A stretch of DNA of 64,000 nt from an uncultured Gemmatimonadales bacterium (GTDB taxonomy: Bacteria > Gemmatimonadota > Gemmatimonadetes > Gemmatimonadales > GWC2-71-9): assembly GCA_963798915.1 (NCBI GenBank), contig CAWCVB010000006.1, positions 416,001 through 480,000 of the forward strand, given 5' to 3'. Within the stretch, counting starts at the first letter, position 1. Every line of letters starts with the position of its first letter. The position numbers and the translations under genes are program-made. The notes beneath the pieces were generated by a model. That model was not told where the DNA came from and ran no database searches. It worked only from the letters and a program-made list of their open reading frames with translations. Below are positions 1-9,752 of this stretch, piece after piece.

Positions 1-1402
1 CCCAGCCGCCTTCCCGGTGGCCATTCCCGGTCGCCTTGACGCCGCCGAACGGCAGGTGCGCCTCCGCGCCGATGGTCGGCGCATTGACGTAGGTAATGCC
101 ATTGTCGAGGTCTTCCATGGCGCGAAATGCCCGATTCACGTCCGACGTGTAGATGGAGCTGGACAGGCCATAGGCCACGCCGTTGTTCACCTTGACCGCG
201 TCCTCATACGAGTTGACGCGGATCACGCTCAGGACCGGTCCAAAGATCTCTTCCTGCTCAAGCCGCGTCCCGGGCCGCACGCCCACCACCACCGTCGGGC
301 GGAAGAAGTAGCCGTTGCCAAGGCGGGCGCCGCCCGGACGCTTGCCGCCGGTCACAATGTCCAGGCCCTCTTCACGGGCAATGTCGATATAGCGCTCCAC
401 CTTGCTACGCGCGTCCTCGTGGATCAGCGGGCCGACCTCGGTCCTGGCCTCGCGCCCATCGCCCAGCCGCAAGGCCTCGGCGGCCTCGGCCACCATCCGC
501 ACGAACCGGTCATGCACCTTCCGGTGCACGATCAGCCGGCTGGTCGCCGTGCAGCGCTGCCCGGTGGTACCGAACGCGCCCCAGAGCACGCCGTCGAGCG
601 CGAGGTCGAGATCGGCGTCCTCCATCACGATCATGGCGTTCTTGCCGCCCATTTCGAGCGAGAGCCGCTTGTGCATCCGGCCGCAGGTTTCCCCGATGAG
701 CGCACCGGTCGCCGTGGATCCGGTAAAGGAGATGACGGGGACCTGGGGATGATCGACCAGGGCACGGCCGGCGGTTTCCCCCCGCCCATGCACCAATTGA
801 ATCACCTCTGGCGGCAGGCCCGCCTCGAGGAGAATCTCCACCAGCAGATGGGTCGTGTGCGGGACGTCTTCCGACGGCTTGATGACCACCGCATTCCCGC
901 ACAGCAGCGCCGGAAACATCTTCCAGGTCGGAATGGCCAGTGGAAAATTGAACGGCGTGATCAGCCCAACGACGCCGATCGGCCGGCGGTACGTCATGGC
1001 CCACTTCTGCCGGAGCTCACTCGGCACCACGTGGCCGAACAGTCGCCGGCCCTCCGTGGCAGCATAATACGCCGTGTCAATGCCTTCCTGCACGTCTCCC
1101 CGGGTCTCGGCGAGCACCTTCCCCATTTCGCGGGTCATGGCGTCGGCGATCTTCTCCTTGCGCGCCACCAGCAGGTCACCGACGCGACGCAGGACGTCGC
1201 CCCGCGCCGGCGCCGGAGTTCGCCGCCAGACCTCGAAGCCGCGTCGCGCCGAACGCACGGCCGCTTCGACGTCCGCCGCCGTCGAGTCAGGAAAGCGACC
1301 GATCAGATCGGCCGAATTGGCCGGATTCCGATTCTGGAACCAGTCGCCGCCGCGCGGTTCCACCCATTCACCGTTGATGAAATTCCTGAAGGTCTTGGCC
1401 AT
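1..1402 (-). CDS. Aldehyde dehydrogenase family protein (3' end runs off the window)
   Basis: Missing from the ORF track because it is open at the edge. My translation begins [13 protein letters not shown] and contains [30 protein letters not shown] (catalytic Cys), EEIFGP and PFGG. Confidence 0.93.
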   Translation of the reverse strand, partial: MAKTFRNFINGEWVEPRGGDWFQNRNPANSADLIGRFPDSTAADVEAAVRSARRGFEVWRRTPAPARGDVLRRVGDLLVARKEKIADAMTREMGKVLAETRGDVQEGIDTAYYAATEGRRLFGHVVPSELRQKWAMTYRRPIGVVGLITPFNFPLAIPTWKMFPALLCGNAVVIKPSEDVPHTTHLLVEILLEAGLPPEVIQLVHGRGETAGRALVDHPQVPVISFTGSTATGALIGETCGRMHKRLSLEMGGKNAMIVMEDADLDLALDGVLWGAFGTTGQRCTATSRLIVHRKVHDRFVRMVAEAAEALRLGDGREARTEVGPLIHEDARSKVERYIDIAREEGLDIVTGGKRPGGARLGNGYFFRPTVVVGVRPGTRLEQEEIFGPVLSVIRVNSYEDAVKVNNGVAYGLSSSIYTSDVNRAFRAMEDLDNGITYVNAPTIGAEAHLPFGGVKATGNGHREGGW

Positions 1403-1508
1403 TGCGCTGAGAGTTTCGGGTTGGAGTTCCGGATGGTGGTTCCGGTCCAGTCGTGCAGCGGCAGGAGAGGCTGGCGACCAGTTACTCTAAACCTCATTCA
1501 CCCAACTC

Positions 1509-2102
1509 TCAACCACCGGGTGCGGTCGCGGCGGGCTCGGGCGGCGTTTGTGCCGGCGTCGCGCGCCGTGCCGGCGCTTGTGCCGGCGTTTGTGCTGGCG
1601 GTTGTGCTGGCGGTTGTGCCGGCGACTGCGTCGGCGTTTGCGTCGGAGGCGGCGACGCAGGGCACATCCAGGTTGCGCTGTTCCGGGCGTAGCCGATGCG
1701 CGGCAGCACCGCGTCCGCCGCCAGCACCAGACCCCAGATCATCATGGCGATCGCAAGCGCATGGGCGCGTCCCAGTCGAGTTCGCCAGCTGGACCGTGCC
1801 CCGAGCAGGGTGCAGATGAGCAGGACTGCCACCACGGCGAGATAGCCGAACAGGCCCGCGCCGCAACTTGACGCATAGGGCCAGAGCGGGAGTACCACCG
1901 ACAAGGCGAGCCCCAGCAGGATCCAAAGCCAGGTTGCGGCCCGATCCCGCCGGCGCGTGACAGGCGCGGGCGCGACAGGCGCGCCGGCCGCGGCGGAGGT
2001 GCGCGATCCCGCCGTCGGTTGCGCCGGCTGCGCCGGCATTTTCGCGATGGCCCGATCGATCTCGGCGAGTTCCCGGTCCCAGTTCCTCGGCTGGTCTGTC
2101 AT
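1509..2102 (-). CDS. Membrane protein (about 3 TM) with Pro/Ala/Gln-rich C-terminal tail
   Basis: 197-aa ORF with hydrophobic segments; ATGA overlap with the upstream regulator gene. Confidence 0.75.
   Translation of the reverse strand: MTDQPRNWDRELAEIDRAIAKMPAQPAQPTAGSRTSAAAGAPVAPAPVTRRRDRAATWLWILLGLALSVVLPLWPYASSCGAGLFGYLAVVAVLLICTLLGARSSWRTRLGRAHALAIAMMIWGLVLAADAVLPRIGYARNSATWMCPASPPPTQTPTQSPAQPPAQPPAQTPAQAPARRATPAQTPPEPAATAPGG
1545..1640 (-). repeat. 12-bp imperfect coding tandem repeat (QPPA/QTPA linker)
   Basis: gtgccggcgctt / gtgccggcgttt / gtgctggcggtt units on the + strand. Confidence 0.7.
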
Positions 2103-3466
2103 GGATTCTCCCGTCGGAGCCCGTAGCGCTCGATCTTCTTGTACAGGTTGGAGCGCGGCATCTTCAGTTCCCGGGCCGTTTCACTCACGTTCCAGTCATG
2201 GTCGCGCAGTTGCTGCACCAGGAAATTCCGTTCCGCTTCCTGCTTGAAGCGCTCGAACGTCTGCGCGCCGCCAGCGTCGGCAGCCCCGGCCCCGGCCAGC
2301 TCGTCCCCAGGCAGGATCCGGTCGACGTCTGCGGCCGTGACCTCGCGACCCGGAGAAAGAATCAGCAACCGCTCGACCGCGTTGCGCAGTTCGCGCACGT
2401 TGCCAGGCCACGAGCGGCGCTGGAGCCGTTGGACCGCTTCTGCTTCGAAGTCGCGGGCCGTGGCGCCGGTGCCGGCGGCGATCTGACTGATGAAATGCGC
2501 GACGAGGTCGGGAATGTCGCTCCGCCGCTCGTCAAGCGGAGGTACGTGAATCTCCACCACATTGAGCCGATAGAGCAGGTCCTCCCGAAAACGCCCTTCG
2601 CTGATTTCGTCCGAAAGATCCTTGTTGGTCGCCGCCAGGACACGCACGTCGACCTGGATGGCCTTGGAGCCGCCAATGCGGGTGACCACGCCCTCCTGCA
2701 GCACGCGCAGCAGCTTTGCCTGGGCCGCCAGCGACATGTCGCCAACTTCGTCGAGGAAGAGCGTGCCGCCGTCGGCCTGCTCGAACTTGCCGGCACGATC
2801 GGCAAAGGCGCCGGTGAAGGACCCCTTCATGTGGCCGAAGAGCTCGCTCTCGATGAGTTCGGACGGAATGGCGGCGCAGTTGACCTCCACGAAGGGGCGA
2901 GACCGCCTTGGCGACCCCTCATGGAGCGCCCGCGCGACCAGCTCCTTGCCCGTGCCGTTGTCACCTGTGATGAGCACCCGCGCGTTGGTGGGTCCGACGC
3001 GCTGGATCATGTCACGGGTGGTCTCGAGGGCCGAGCTCGATCCGATCATGGCGTAGCGCCGTCCGACGGCCTCCCGCAGGCGGAGGTTTTCTCCAACCAG
3101 TTCCGCGTGCTCGATGGCTTTCCGCACCGTCACCAGCAGGCGGTCGGAGTCCAGTGGCTTCTCCAGGAAGTCGAATGCGCCGCGCCGGGTGGCCTCGACG
3201 GCCGTGGCCACGGTACCGTGCCCCGATATCATGACAACGACGGCCGACGGATCAAGGTCACGCAGGCGATTCAGCGTCTCGAGCCCGTCCAGGCCCGCCA
3301 TCTTGACATCGAGAAACACCACGTGGGGCCGGAAATCCGGATACAACGTGATCCCCTCGCCGCCGGACGCCGCCGGCCGCACTTCCATGCCCTCATACTC
3401 GAGCACCTGTTTCACGGCTTGGCGAATGCCCGGCTCGTCATCCACAATCAAGACGCGATGGCTCAT
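2099..3466 (-). CDS. Sigma54-dependent response regulator (NtrC/NtrX family)
   Basis: REC domain (VDDE, FLDVKM, FLEKP), Walker A GDNGTGKE, GSFTGA loop, LFLDE, WPGNVREL and a C-terminal Fis HTH. Confidence 0.95.
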   Translation of the reverse strand: MSHRVLIVDDEPGIRQAVKQVLEYEGMEVRPAASGGEGITLYPDFRPHVVFLDVKMAGLDGLETLNRLRDLDPSAVVVMISGHGTVATAVEATRRGAFDFLEKPLDSDRLLVTVRKAIEHAELVGENLRLREAVGRRYAMIGSSSALETTRDMIQRVGPTNARVLITGDNGTGKELVARALHEGSPRRSRPFVEVNCAAIPSELIESELFGHMKGSFTGAFADRAGKFEQADGGTLFLDEVGDMSLAAQAKLLRVLQEGVVTRIGGSKAIQVDVRVLAATNKDLSDEISEGRFREDLLYRLNVVEIHVPPLDERRSDIPDLVAHFISQIAAGTGATARDFEAEAVQRLQRRSWPGNVRELRNAVERLLILSPGREVTAADVDRILPGDELAGAGAADAGGAQTFERFKQEAERNFLVQQLRDHDWNVSETARELKMPRSNLYKKIERYGLRRENP

Positions 3467-4107
3467 GGAGCCCCCGAATAGAATGTCACGCCGTCCCCAT
3501 GCACTGCGACCGCTCGCACCTGGCGAGGCAATGGAACCGGCACGGCGCGGGAGGTGTCGCCGCTGACCTTTTCCATCATTCGCGGGATGAGTTCGGACGG
3601 CAATGGAAAGTCGCGCAGGCTCAACGCCGTGATGCGCCAGTGTCCCCGGCCCGGTGCATCAACGGATAGCGGGCCGTCGGCAGTCATGGGTTCGTAGTCG
3701 CGCGCGGCCAGTCCGAGCGGACCCAGCAGACCCGCCGGCAGGCGCGCGGTGTTGGCCAGCGCCCGTACCCGGATGGTGCCCTCGGCCAGGCGCACGCTGA
3801 TGGAGTCGAAGGTTCCTCGCATGTACGGGCCCAGGGCCTCCCCGAGCAGCGAAGCCGCCTCATCGGCGGACAAGATGACCGAGTCGCGTCCGGACGCCAG
3901 CGCAGCCAGCTTGCGGTGCCCGGCAGCGAGCGCGGACCCGGTTGGATGTCCCACCTGCGCGACTGGCGCAGCACCATGGCGCGCGCGACGCCACACCTGC
4001 CTGCTCCAGTCATCCAGACGATCGCGATACAGCCAGGCGCCAAGAAGGAGGATGATGAGCGTGAGGCAACCGAACAGGCGGAATGGCGCGAGCAGGCAAC
4101 CCTTCAT
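3463..4107 (-). CDS. Hypothetical protein with N-terminal membrane anchor
   Basis: 214-aa ORF with 4-bp overlaps to both neighbours. Confidence 0.7.
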   Translation of the reverse strand: MKGCLLAPFRLFGCLTLIILLLGAWLYRDRLDDWSRQVWRRARHGAAPVAQVGHPTGSALAAGHRKLAALASGRDSVILSADEAASLLGEALGPYMRGTFDSISVRLAEGTIRVRALANTARLPAGLLGPLGLAARDYEPMTADGPLSVDAPGRGHWRITALSLRDFPLPSELIPRMMEKVSGDTSRAVPVPLPRQVRAVAVHGDGVTFYSGAP

Positions 4108-4658
4108 GCGCCGAGCTCTTCCGTGAGGCGGGCGATGTAGCGAGGACCCGCCGGGGTGAGCTCACTTTCGTAGAGCTTGGCCTGGTTCACCAGGAATGAT
4201 TCGCCAGCAGGCAACGGCAGGCCGCGCTCGAGGGCGCCGGCCGGCAGGCGCTGACCGTCGCGCATTCGGCCGAGTGTTACATGCGGCCGGAAAGGCACGC
4301 CTTCCGGCGCGAATCCGATGGATTCCGAGGCGCGCTCCACACGGTCCTTCAGCAACTCGAGCGCCGGCGGTGCGTCCAGCCCCAGCCAGAGAACCTTGGG
4401 CCGGCGAGCGTCGGGAAAGACGCCGACCTGCGTAAAGTGCATGGCCATCGAACTGGAATCGCGCAGCGCCCGTTGCACCGCTTCCGCGATGACGTCGAGG
4501 CGTTCGGGAAGGACCTCACCATAGAACTTGAGGGTGAGGTGCGCCCACCCTTCCTGGACCCAGCGCACCGGCCAGCCGTTGGCGCGCAATGCCCGCAGCA
4601 CCGTGGCGAACTCGGCCTGGGCCGGGGGCGGCAACGGCAAGGCAGCGAAGAGTCGCAT
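4104..4658 (-). CDS. thpR: RNA 2',3'-cyclic phosphodiesterase (2H family)
   Basis: MRLFAAL start and two HxT motifs (HLTLKF, FRPHVTLGR). Confidence 0.93.
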   Translation of the reverse strand: MRLFAALPLPPPAQAEFATVLRALRANGWPVRWVQEGWAHLTLKFYGEVLPERLDVIAEAVQRALRDSSSMAMHFTQVGVFPDARRPKVLWLGLDAPPALELLKDRVERASESIGFAPEGVPFRPHVTLGRMRDGQRLPAGALERGLPLPAGESFLVNQAKLYESELTPAGPRYIARLTEELGA

Positions 4659-4660
4659 CG

Positions 4661-5464
4661 TCAGCCTGCATCCACGATGGCTAGCAGCGCTCCCCGGCGA
4701 TACCCTTGCTCGTCAAGTTCGACCGACGCAAAGCCGGCATTGAGAATTGCCGCGCGCACAGCAGGCCAGGCGGCGCGCAACCGTGGCAGCTGGTCGGTGT
4801 CGACTTCAACCCGGGCGACCGATTCGAGATGTCGAACCCGGATGTTCCCCTCCAGTCCTGCCGCGCGGACCGCGGCCTCGGCTTGCTCCACCTGATGCAA
4901 TCGCTCGGTGGTCACTTCAATTCCGTAGCCGACCCGGCTGGCGAGGCAGGGGGCCGCTGGCGCATTCCAGCTGGGGATCCCCAGCTGCCGGCCGGCCTCG
5001 CGCACCTGCGCCTTGGTCCAACCCAGCTCCGCGAGCGGGGAATGCACAGTCCACTCCTGCGCCGCGCGGAGTCCGGGCCGGTGTTCCCGAGTGTCGTCAG
5101 CATTCGTGCCATCCAGAATGGAGGTGAACCCGCGCTCTGCGGCCAGCGCGGTCAATGCGGACCACAGCTCGTGCTTGCAGTAATAACAGCGGTCAGGAGC
5201 ATTGGCGCGATACCGCGCGTCCTCCAACTCGCGGGTGTCGAGCTCGAGCAGCGGTATGTCGAATTGCCGGGCGAGCCGCACGGCCTGAGCATACTGCACC
5301 GCAGGATAGGACGCACTTCGGCCGATCACCGCCAGGAAGCGGGCACGGTCCAGCGCACGGCGCCCAGCAACCGCAAGCAAGGCGCTGTCCACGCCACCGG
5401 AATACCCCAGAATCGCATTGTCCAGTGCTGTCAGCCACTGGTACAGTGACGCAAGGTCAGGCAT
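4661..5464 (-). CDS. larE: ATP-dependent sulfur transferase LarE
   Basis: PP-loop SGGVDS, RCYYCK, DGTNADD-RPG and PCLASR. Start set at ATG 5464. Confidence 0.9.
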   Translation of the reverse strand: MPDLASLYQWLTALDNAILGYSGGVDSALLAVAGRRALDRARFLAVIGRSASYPAVQYAQAVRLARQFDIPLLELDTRELEDARYRANAPDRCYYCKHELWSALTALAAERGFTSILDGTNADDTREHRPGLRAAQEWTVHSPLAELGWTKAQVREAGRQLGIPSWNAPAAPCLASRVGYGIEVTTERLHQVEQAEAAVRAAGLEGNIRVRHLESVARVEVDTDQLPRLRAAWPAVRAAILNAGFASVELDEQGYRRGALLAIVDAG

Positions 5465-5545
5465 GCCGAAAGGTATCACGCCATCGGCCTGGGCACACCC
5501 GGGGCGGAGATTGCCAAAGTGACCCGATCCACCCTAGCCTACAGG

Positions 5546-5980
5546 ATGATCCCGCGTTCAATCGATGTGACGGAGCTGCTCTCCATCCCGATCTCGGAAC
5601 TGGAATTTCGTGCGACTCCCGCAGGCGGTCCCGGGGGACAGCACGTGAACCGTTCCTCCACCCGGATCGAACTCTGGTGGGATATGGCGACGTCGTCGAG
5701 CCTGACCGACGAACAGCGAAGTGTGCTGCGGGACCGCCTGGCATCGCGGCTGGTCGACGGCGGCCGGCTTCGGATCGTGGCCGCGGCTCGGCGCAGCCAA
5801 CTGCAGAACCGGCAGGAAGCGCTCGCACGTTTCGTCAAGCTCCTCAAATCGGCGCTGCAGGTCCGGAAGGCGCGCAAGCAGACCCGCGTTCCGCGCGCCG
5901 TCCGGGAGGCGCGCCTCGAAGCGAAGCGGAGACGAGCTGCGCTCAAGTCATCGCGCCGCCCGGTCGGCACGGACGAATAG
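5546..5980 (+). CDS. arfB: Alternative ribosome rescue peptidyl-tRNA hydrolase ArfB
   Basis: GGPGGQHVN, RSQLQNR and a basic C-terminal tail. Confidence 0.93.
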   Translation: MIPRSIDVTELLSIPISELEFRATPAGGPGGQHVNRSSTRIELWWDMATSSSLTDEQRSVLRDRLASRLVDGGRLRIVAAARRSQLQNRQEALARFVKLLKSALQVRKARKQTRVPRAVREARLEAKRRRAALKSSRRPVGTDE

Positions 5981-5984
5981 CGTC

Positions 5985-6980
5985 GTGGAGTTCCGGACTG
6001 TCTCCCCAGCGTCACCTGACGCGGAAGCCATCGAGATGGCCGCCGCGATCATTCGGGGTGGCGGCCTGGTTGCCTTCCCCACCGAGACAGTCTATGGCCT
6101 CGGGGCAAATGCACTCGATCCCGAAGCGGTGCGGAGGATCTTTACGGCGAAAGGCCGGCCCGACAACAACCCCCTGATTGTGCACGTGCCCGACGCGCTC
6201 GTGGCACGGGAACTGGTCGCCGTGTGGCCCCGGCAAGCCGAGATCCTCGCGGAACGATTCTGGCCCGGGCCCCTGACTCTGGTCCTTCCCAAGCAGCCCA
6301 CGGTGCCCGACCTCGTGACGGCAGGTCTTCCGGCCATCGCCGTCCGGGTGCCATCACACCCCGTGGCGCTGGCTCTGCTCCGCGCCGCCGCACTGCCCAT
6401 TGCGGCCCCCAGCGCCAACCGCTTCACCGAGCTCTCGCCCACCACCGCCGAGCATGTCGTCCGCTCCATGGGAAACCGGGTGGACATGATCCTTGACGGC
6501 GGTCCCACCACCGTCGGCATCGAGAGCACGGTCCTCGACCTGACCGGCCCCGTCCCACGGCTGCTCCGCCCTGGCATGGTCACGGTGGCCGAATTGGAGC
6601 AGGCCGTAGGCGTGGTAGCGCCACCGCCCGTGGTCACCAGCTCGGCACCGCACCTGTCACCCGGCATGCATGAACGGCACTACGCCCCGCGCGCGCCGCT
6701 CGTGCTGGTGACGCCTGCTGACGTGGAGCGCGAGGCCGCTCGCGCCGGCGGGATGGCGGTGGGCGCGCTAGTCCTGGGCGACCTGCTCTGGCCAGTTCAG
6801 CATCCCATGCGGATGCCGCGCGATCCGGTCTCGTATGCCAGCCGGCTCTACGCCGCGCTCCATGCCCTCGACGACCTTGGATGTCACCTCATTCTGGTGG
6901 AGCGTCCGCCTGATACTGCGCCCTGGCTGGGCGTGCACGACCGGCTGCAGCGGGCTTCGGCCCCGCCGGAGACCGCCTGA
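5985..6980 (+). CDS. tsaC: L-threonylcarbamoyladenylate synthase (Sua5 type)
   Basis: FPTETVYGL, KGRPDNNPLIVH, APSAN, GIEST and the Sua5 linker SPGM-HYAP. GTG start at 5985 inferred. Confidence 0.93.
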   Translation: MEFRTVSPASPDAEAIEMAAAIIRGGGLVAFPTETVYGLGANALDPEAVRRIFTAKGRPDNNPLIVHVPDALVARELVAVWPRQAEILAERFWPGPLTLVLPKQPTVPDLVTAGLPAIAVRVPSHPVALALLRAAALPIAAPSANRFTELSPTTAEHVVRSMGNRVDMILDGGPTTVGIESTVLDLTGPVPRLLRPGMVTVAELEQAVGVVAPPPVVTSSAPHLSPGMHERHYAPRAPLVLVTPADVEREAARAGGMAVGALVLGDLLWPVQHPMRMPRDPVSYASRLYAALHALDDLGCHLILVERPPDTAPWLGVHDRLQRASAPPETA

Positions 6981-7162
6981 GCACGTACCAATCTGGGCAC
7001 CGATCTGAAGCCTCCAGGCGGCGCCAGACCATCCGACTGGCAACCGATTCCCACCCGTCTAAGTTGAAGAGTGCGGGAGTGCCCATGCAGCGTTCTCGCC
7101 GTTCCGAACTGGCCGGCCCCGACGCCAGGCACGCAGGGCCGCCGCTACGTACGGAGGCAGCG

Positions 7163-8371
7163 ATGCCGACCACTCTGCTCGATTCCTTTCATCGTCTCCT
7201 GACACCTGAGCGACTTGGCTCCCTGGCTGGCCGCCTGAATGAGCCGGAGTCTGATCTTTCGCGCAGCTTGACGGCCGCGGCAGGCTCGATCCTCCTTGGA
7301 ATGCTGAGCAGGGCCGAGAATCGCGTCGCCATGCGCGAACTTCGCCGCCTGACATCCGAGACGCCGGAGGAGGCCTGGTCGAGTGACGAATCGCTTGGTC
7401 GGCTCCTGATCGGAAGAACATCCGCGTTGACGGCGGCCGCGAACCCATTCTTGTCACTGGCCCTCGGTGACAAGCTGCCGGCGACAGCCGACGCGGTTGG
7501 ACGAAGCAGTGGAATCAAGGCGGGCAGCGCCTTGGCCGTGCTGACGCTGGTCGGCCCGGTCATGCTGGGTCTGGTGGCCCGGCGCGCGCACATGGACCAT
7601 CTGCACGCGGATGATCTGGGCCCATTACTGCTTGGCGAATCCGATTCCATTCAACGTGCCGCACCAGCGGACTTGCCCGGATCGCTGGCCATGCCGGGAA
7701 CTGCACCGGCGCCTGGCGCACGGCGGACCACAGTGACCAGCGGAGATCACGAGTACCCCGGATCAGGCTGGCTATGGCTCGCCGTTGCGGCGGCGGTCAT
7801 TCTGGGGATGGTGTGGTTCGCGTCGCGGGCAGGGAGTCATGGCGAGGGCGCCACGGCTCTGCATCAGGCGGCTCGGCCGCCCGCTGACAGCGGAGACGTC
7901 CTGGCCTACTCGCCCAGAGCGGCGCCCATTGTCCTGCCCGACGGGACAACACTACCGGCCTCGGGCGGCACCCTCGAGCGTCAACTGCTTTCCACGATCC
8001 AGGATTCGGCAGTGACCGCAGCTCCGGGGGCATGGTTTGAATTTGACCGGGTGGCTTTCGAACCTGCTTCCGCCACGTTCGTACCCGAGGCAGAGCCGCA
8101 GCTGCGCAACGTGGCTGCGATCCTCGCCTCATATCCGAACGTGACCGCGGTGATCAGCGGCGGTGGAGACAGCGCGACAGCGGGCGCCTCCGGGCTGGCG
8201 CGTCGGCGGGCCGAGAGCGTGGTCAATCAACTGGTGGCGATGGGGGTGAGCCGCTCGCGTCTGAAGGTCGACGCCAGCACGGCGGCGAGCCCCGCGACCC
8301 AGGGCGGTCCTGCGGCGGATTCCGCTGGCCTGCACGGAGCCCCGCTGGCGATTCGTATTCTGCTGGAGTAA
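7163..8371 (+). CDS. DUF937-like N-terminus + TM + OmpA-like C-terminal domain
   Basis: GGAGG precedes ATG 7163. Helical N-domain, TM (WLWLAVAAAVILGMVWF), then WFEFDRVAF...QLRNVAAIL...RRAESV. Confidence 0.8.
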   Translation: MPTTLLDSFHRLLTPERLGSLAGRLNEPESDLSRSLTAAAGSILLGMLSRAENRVAMRELRRLTSETPEEAWSSDESLGRLLIGRTSALTAAANPFLSLALGDKLPATADAVGRSSGIKAGSALAVLTLVGPVMLGLVARRAHMDHLHADDLGPLLLGESDSIQRAAPADLPGSLAMPGTAPAPGARRTTVTSGDHEYPGSGWLWLAVAAAVILGMVWFASRAGSHGEGATALHQAARPPADSGDVLAYSPRAAPIVLPDGTTLPASGGTLERQLLSTIQDSAVTAAPGAWFEFDRVAFEPASATFVPEAEPQLRNVAAILASYPNVTAVISGGGDSATAGASGLARRRAESVVNQLVAMGVSRSRLKVDASTAASPATQGGPAADSAGLHGAPLAIRILLE

Positions 8372-8417
8372 GTCGGGGCGCGGATGAGACGACGTGAAGC
8401 CGCTCGCGACGCACCGC

Positions 8418-9671
8418 CTACTCTGCCGCGTCACCCGAATCGGACGCGGCCGCCACCAGATAGCGCTTCACGTAGAGCACACCATCGGTGTCTTCGAACG
8501 CTGCCCAGACGGTGTCCCCTCGGAAGACCGGTTCCGGATATTGCCTGAATCCAAGGGGCGTTTGGACCTGGCCGAGATAACGGCCGTCGGGCTCGAACAC
8601 GTCGAACAGCGCCGGCTCGGACCAGGAGGCCGGTTTTGCAGGGTCGCTGCTCGCCTCACGATGGCCTTCCGCGGAGAGCAGGACCCAGATCCGCCCATCA
8701 TCGCCCACGGCCACGCCCCTGAAGGGCGGCTTCGTGCCCGGGATGGCGGGTCCGTTCCAGCTCCAGTCACCGAAATTGCGACGCATCTGATCCGTAATAC
8801 CCTGCTTCATGTCGGCGGCTTCGTCAGGATTGACCGGCACGGGCGCGACCTCCCGTGCTATGACCAAGGGCGATCGGTGGCGAAACAGCGTGATGCGATA
8901 GTCGCTCGTGATGCCTCCGACAAAGTAGCCGAGCGGGCTCATGTCCCACTCTACCTGTGGAGTGAAGGGCACGGACCGGATGCTCGAGTTGCCGTCCTTC
9001 TCTCCCGAGACGACGGCTTCCTTGACCTCCCATTGCGGCGCAATGATGGTATCGCCTGGCGTCCCATCCGGTGCGAAGCGCTGCAAACCGGCCCGCCGCT
9101 TCTCAAAAGCAGAATCGGGGTCCGCCGTGACAGGGAAGTACACGCCGTCAGCAGTATCGACGGTGGACTGGCGACTATACCATGAACTGGAGTTGATGCG
9201 CCAGCTGGCGAGATAGCTGCCAGCCGAATCGAAGACCGTGATTCGGCCATTGCCGGGATCCCGGATGAGAACCCGGCCGTCGGACAGCACGATGAGACCG
9301 CCATCGGGTCTGGCGTACTCCCCGGGTCCACCGCCCTTGCGGCCGATGGCCGCGACAAAATGCCCGTCAGGCGCGTATTTCCGGAGAATGGGTCCGTTGT
9401 CCGAGATGAAGACGGAGCCGTCGGGCGCCACCGCTATGGCTTGGAAATCCCCGAGCAGGTCGTAGTCCTCACCATCGGCCTTCCCCACCGTGGCGCGTTC
9501 CACGAGCCTTCTCGGCCCGCCCCAGACATTGCCGGAAAGAGTTCGAACAATCACCGTGTCTCCCACGGTATCGCGCTCGGCCCGCCAGCCAGCGTTCGAG
9601 CGGCCCTCGCCACCGCAAGCGACGGTCAGGAGCAGCCCGCACAAGGCGAAACCGATCAACCTGACCGTCAT
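8418..9671 (-). CDS. 6-bladed beta-propeller / NHL-like lipoprotein
   Basis: Lipobox-like LTVAC, GRKGGGPGEY and DVFEPDGRYLG. Confidence 0.8.
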   Translation of the reverse strand: MTVRLIGFALCGLLLTVACGGEGRSNAGWRAERDTVGDTVIVRTLSGNVWGGPRRLVERATVGKADGEDYDLLGDFQAIAVAPDGSVFISDNGPILRKYAPDGHFVAAIGRKGGGPGEYARPDGGLIVLSDGRVLIRDPGNGRITVFDSAGSYLASWRINSSSWYSRQSTVDTADGVYFPVTADPDSAFEKRRAGLQRFAPDGTPGDTIIAPQWEVKEAVVSGEKDGNSSIRSVPFTPQVEWDMSPLGYFVGGITSDYRITLFRHRSPLVIAREVAPVPVNPDEAADMKQGITDQMRRNFGDWSWNGPAIPGTKPPFRGVAVGDDGRIWVLLSAEGHREASSDPAKPASWSEPALFDVFEPDGRYLGQVQTPLGFRQYPEPVFRGDTVWAAFEDTDGVLYVKRYLVAAASDSGDAAE

Positions 9672-9752
9672 GAATGCTCCCTGAGCGAGTGCGTGATGGA
9701 TGACGCTCGTCGCTGAAGCGACGGCACCGCGGGCGTCACTGAAGCGACCAGG

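Noticed and set aside
17..1819. 600-aa + strand ORF, and other long antisense ORFs such as 2198..3481, 38179..40242, 43558..44751, 58138..59631 and 62179..63591
   Set aside because: They are shadow ORFs opposite well-supported genes, expected at high GC, and carry no family motifs.
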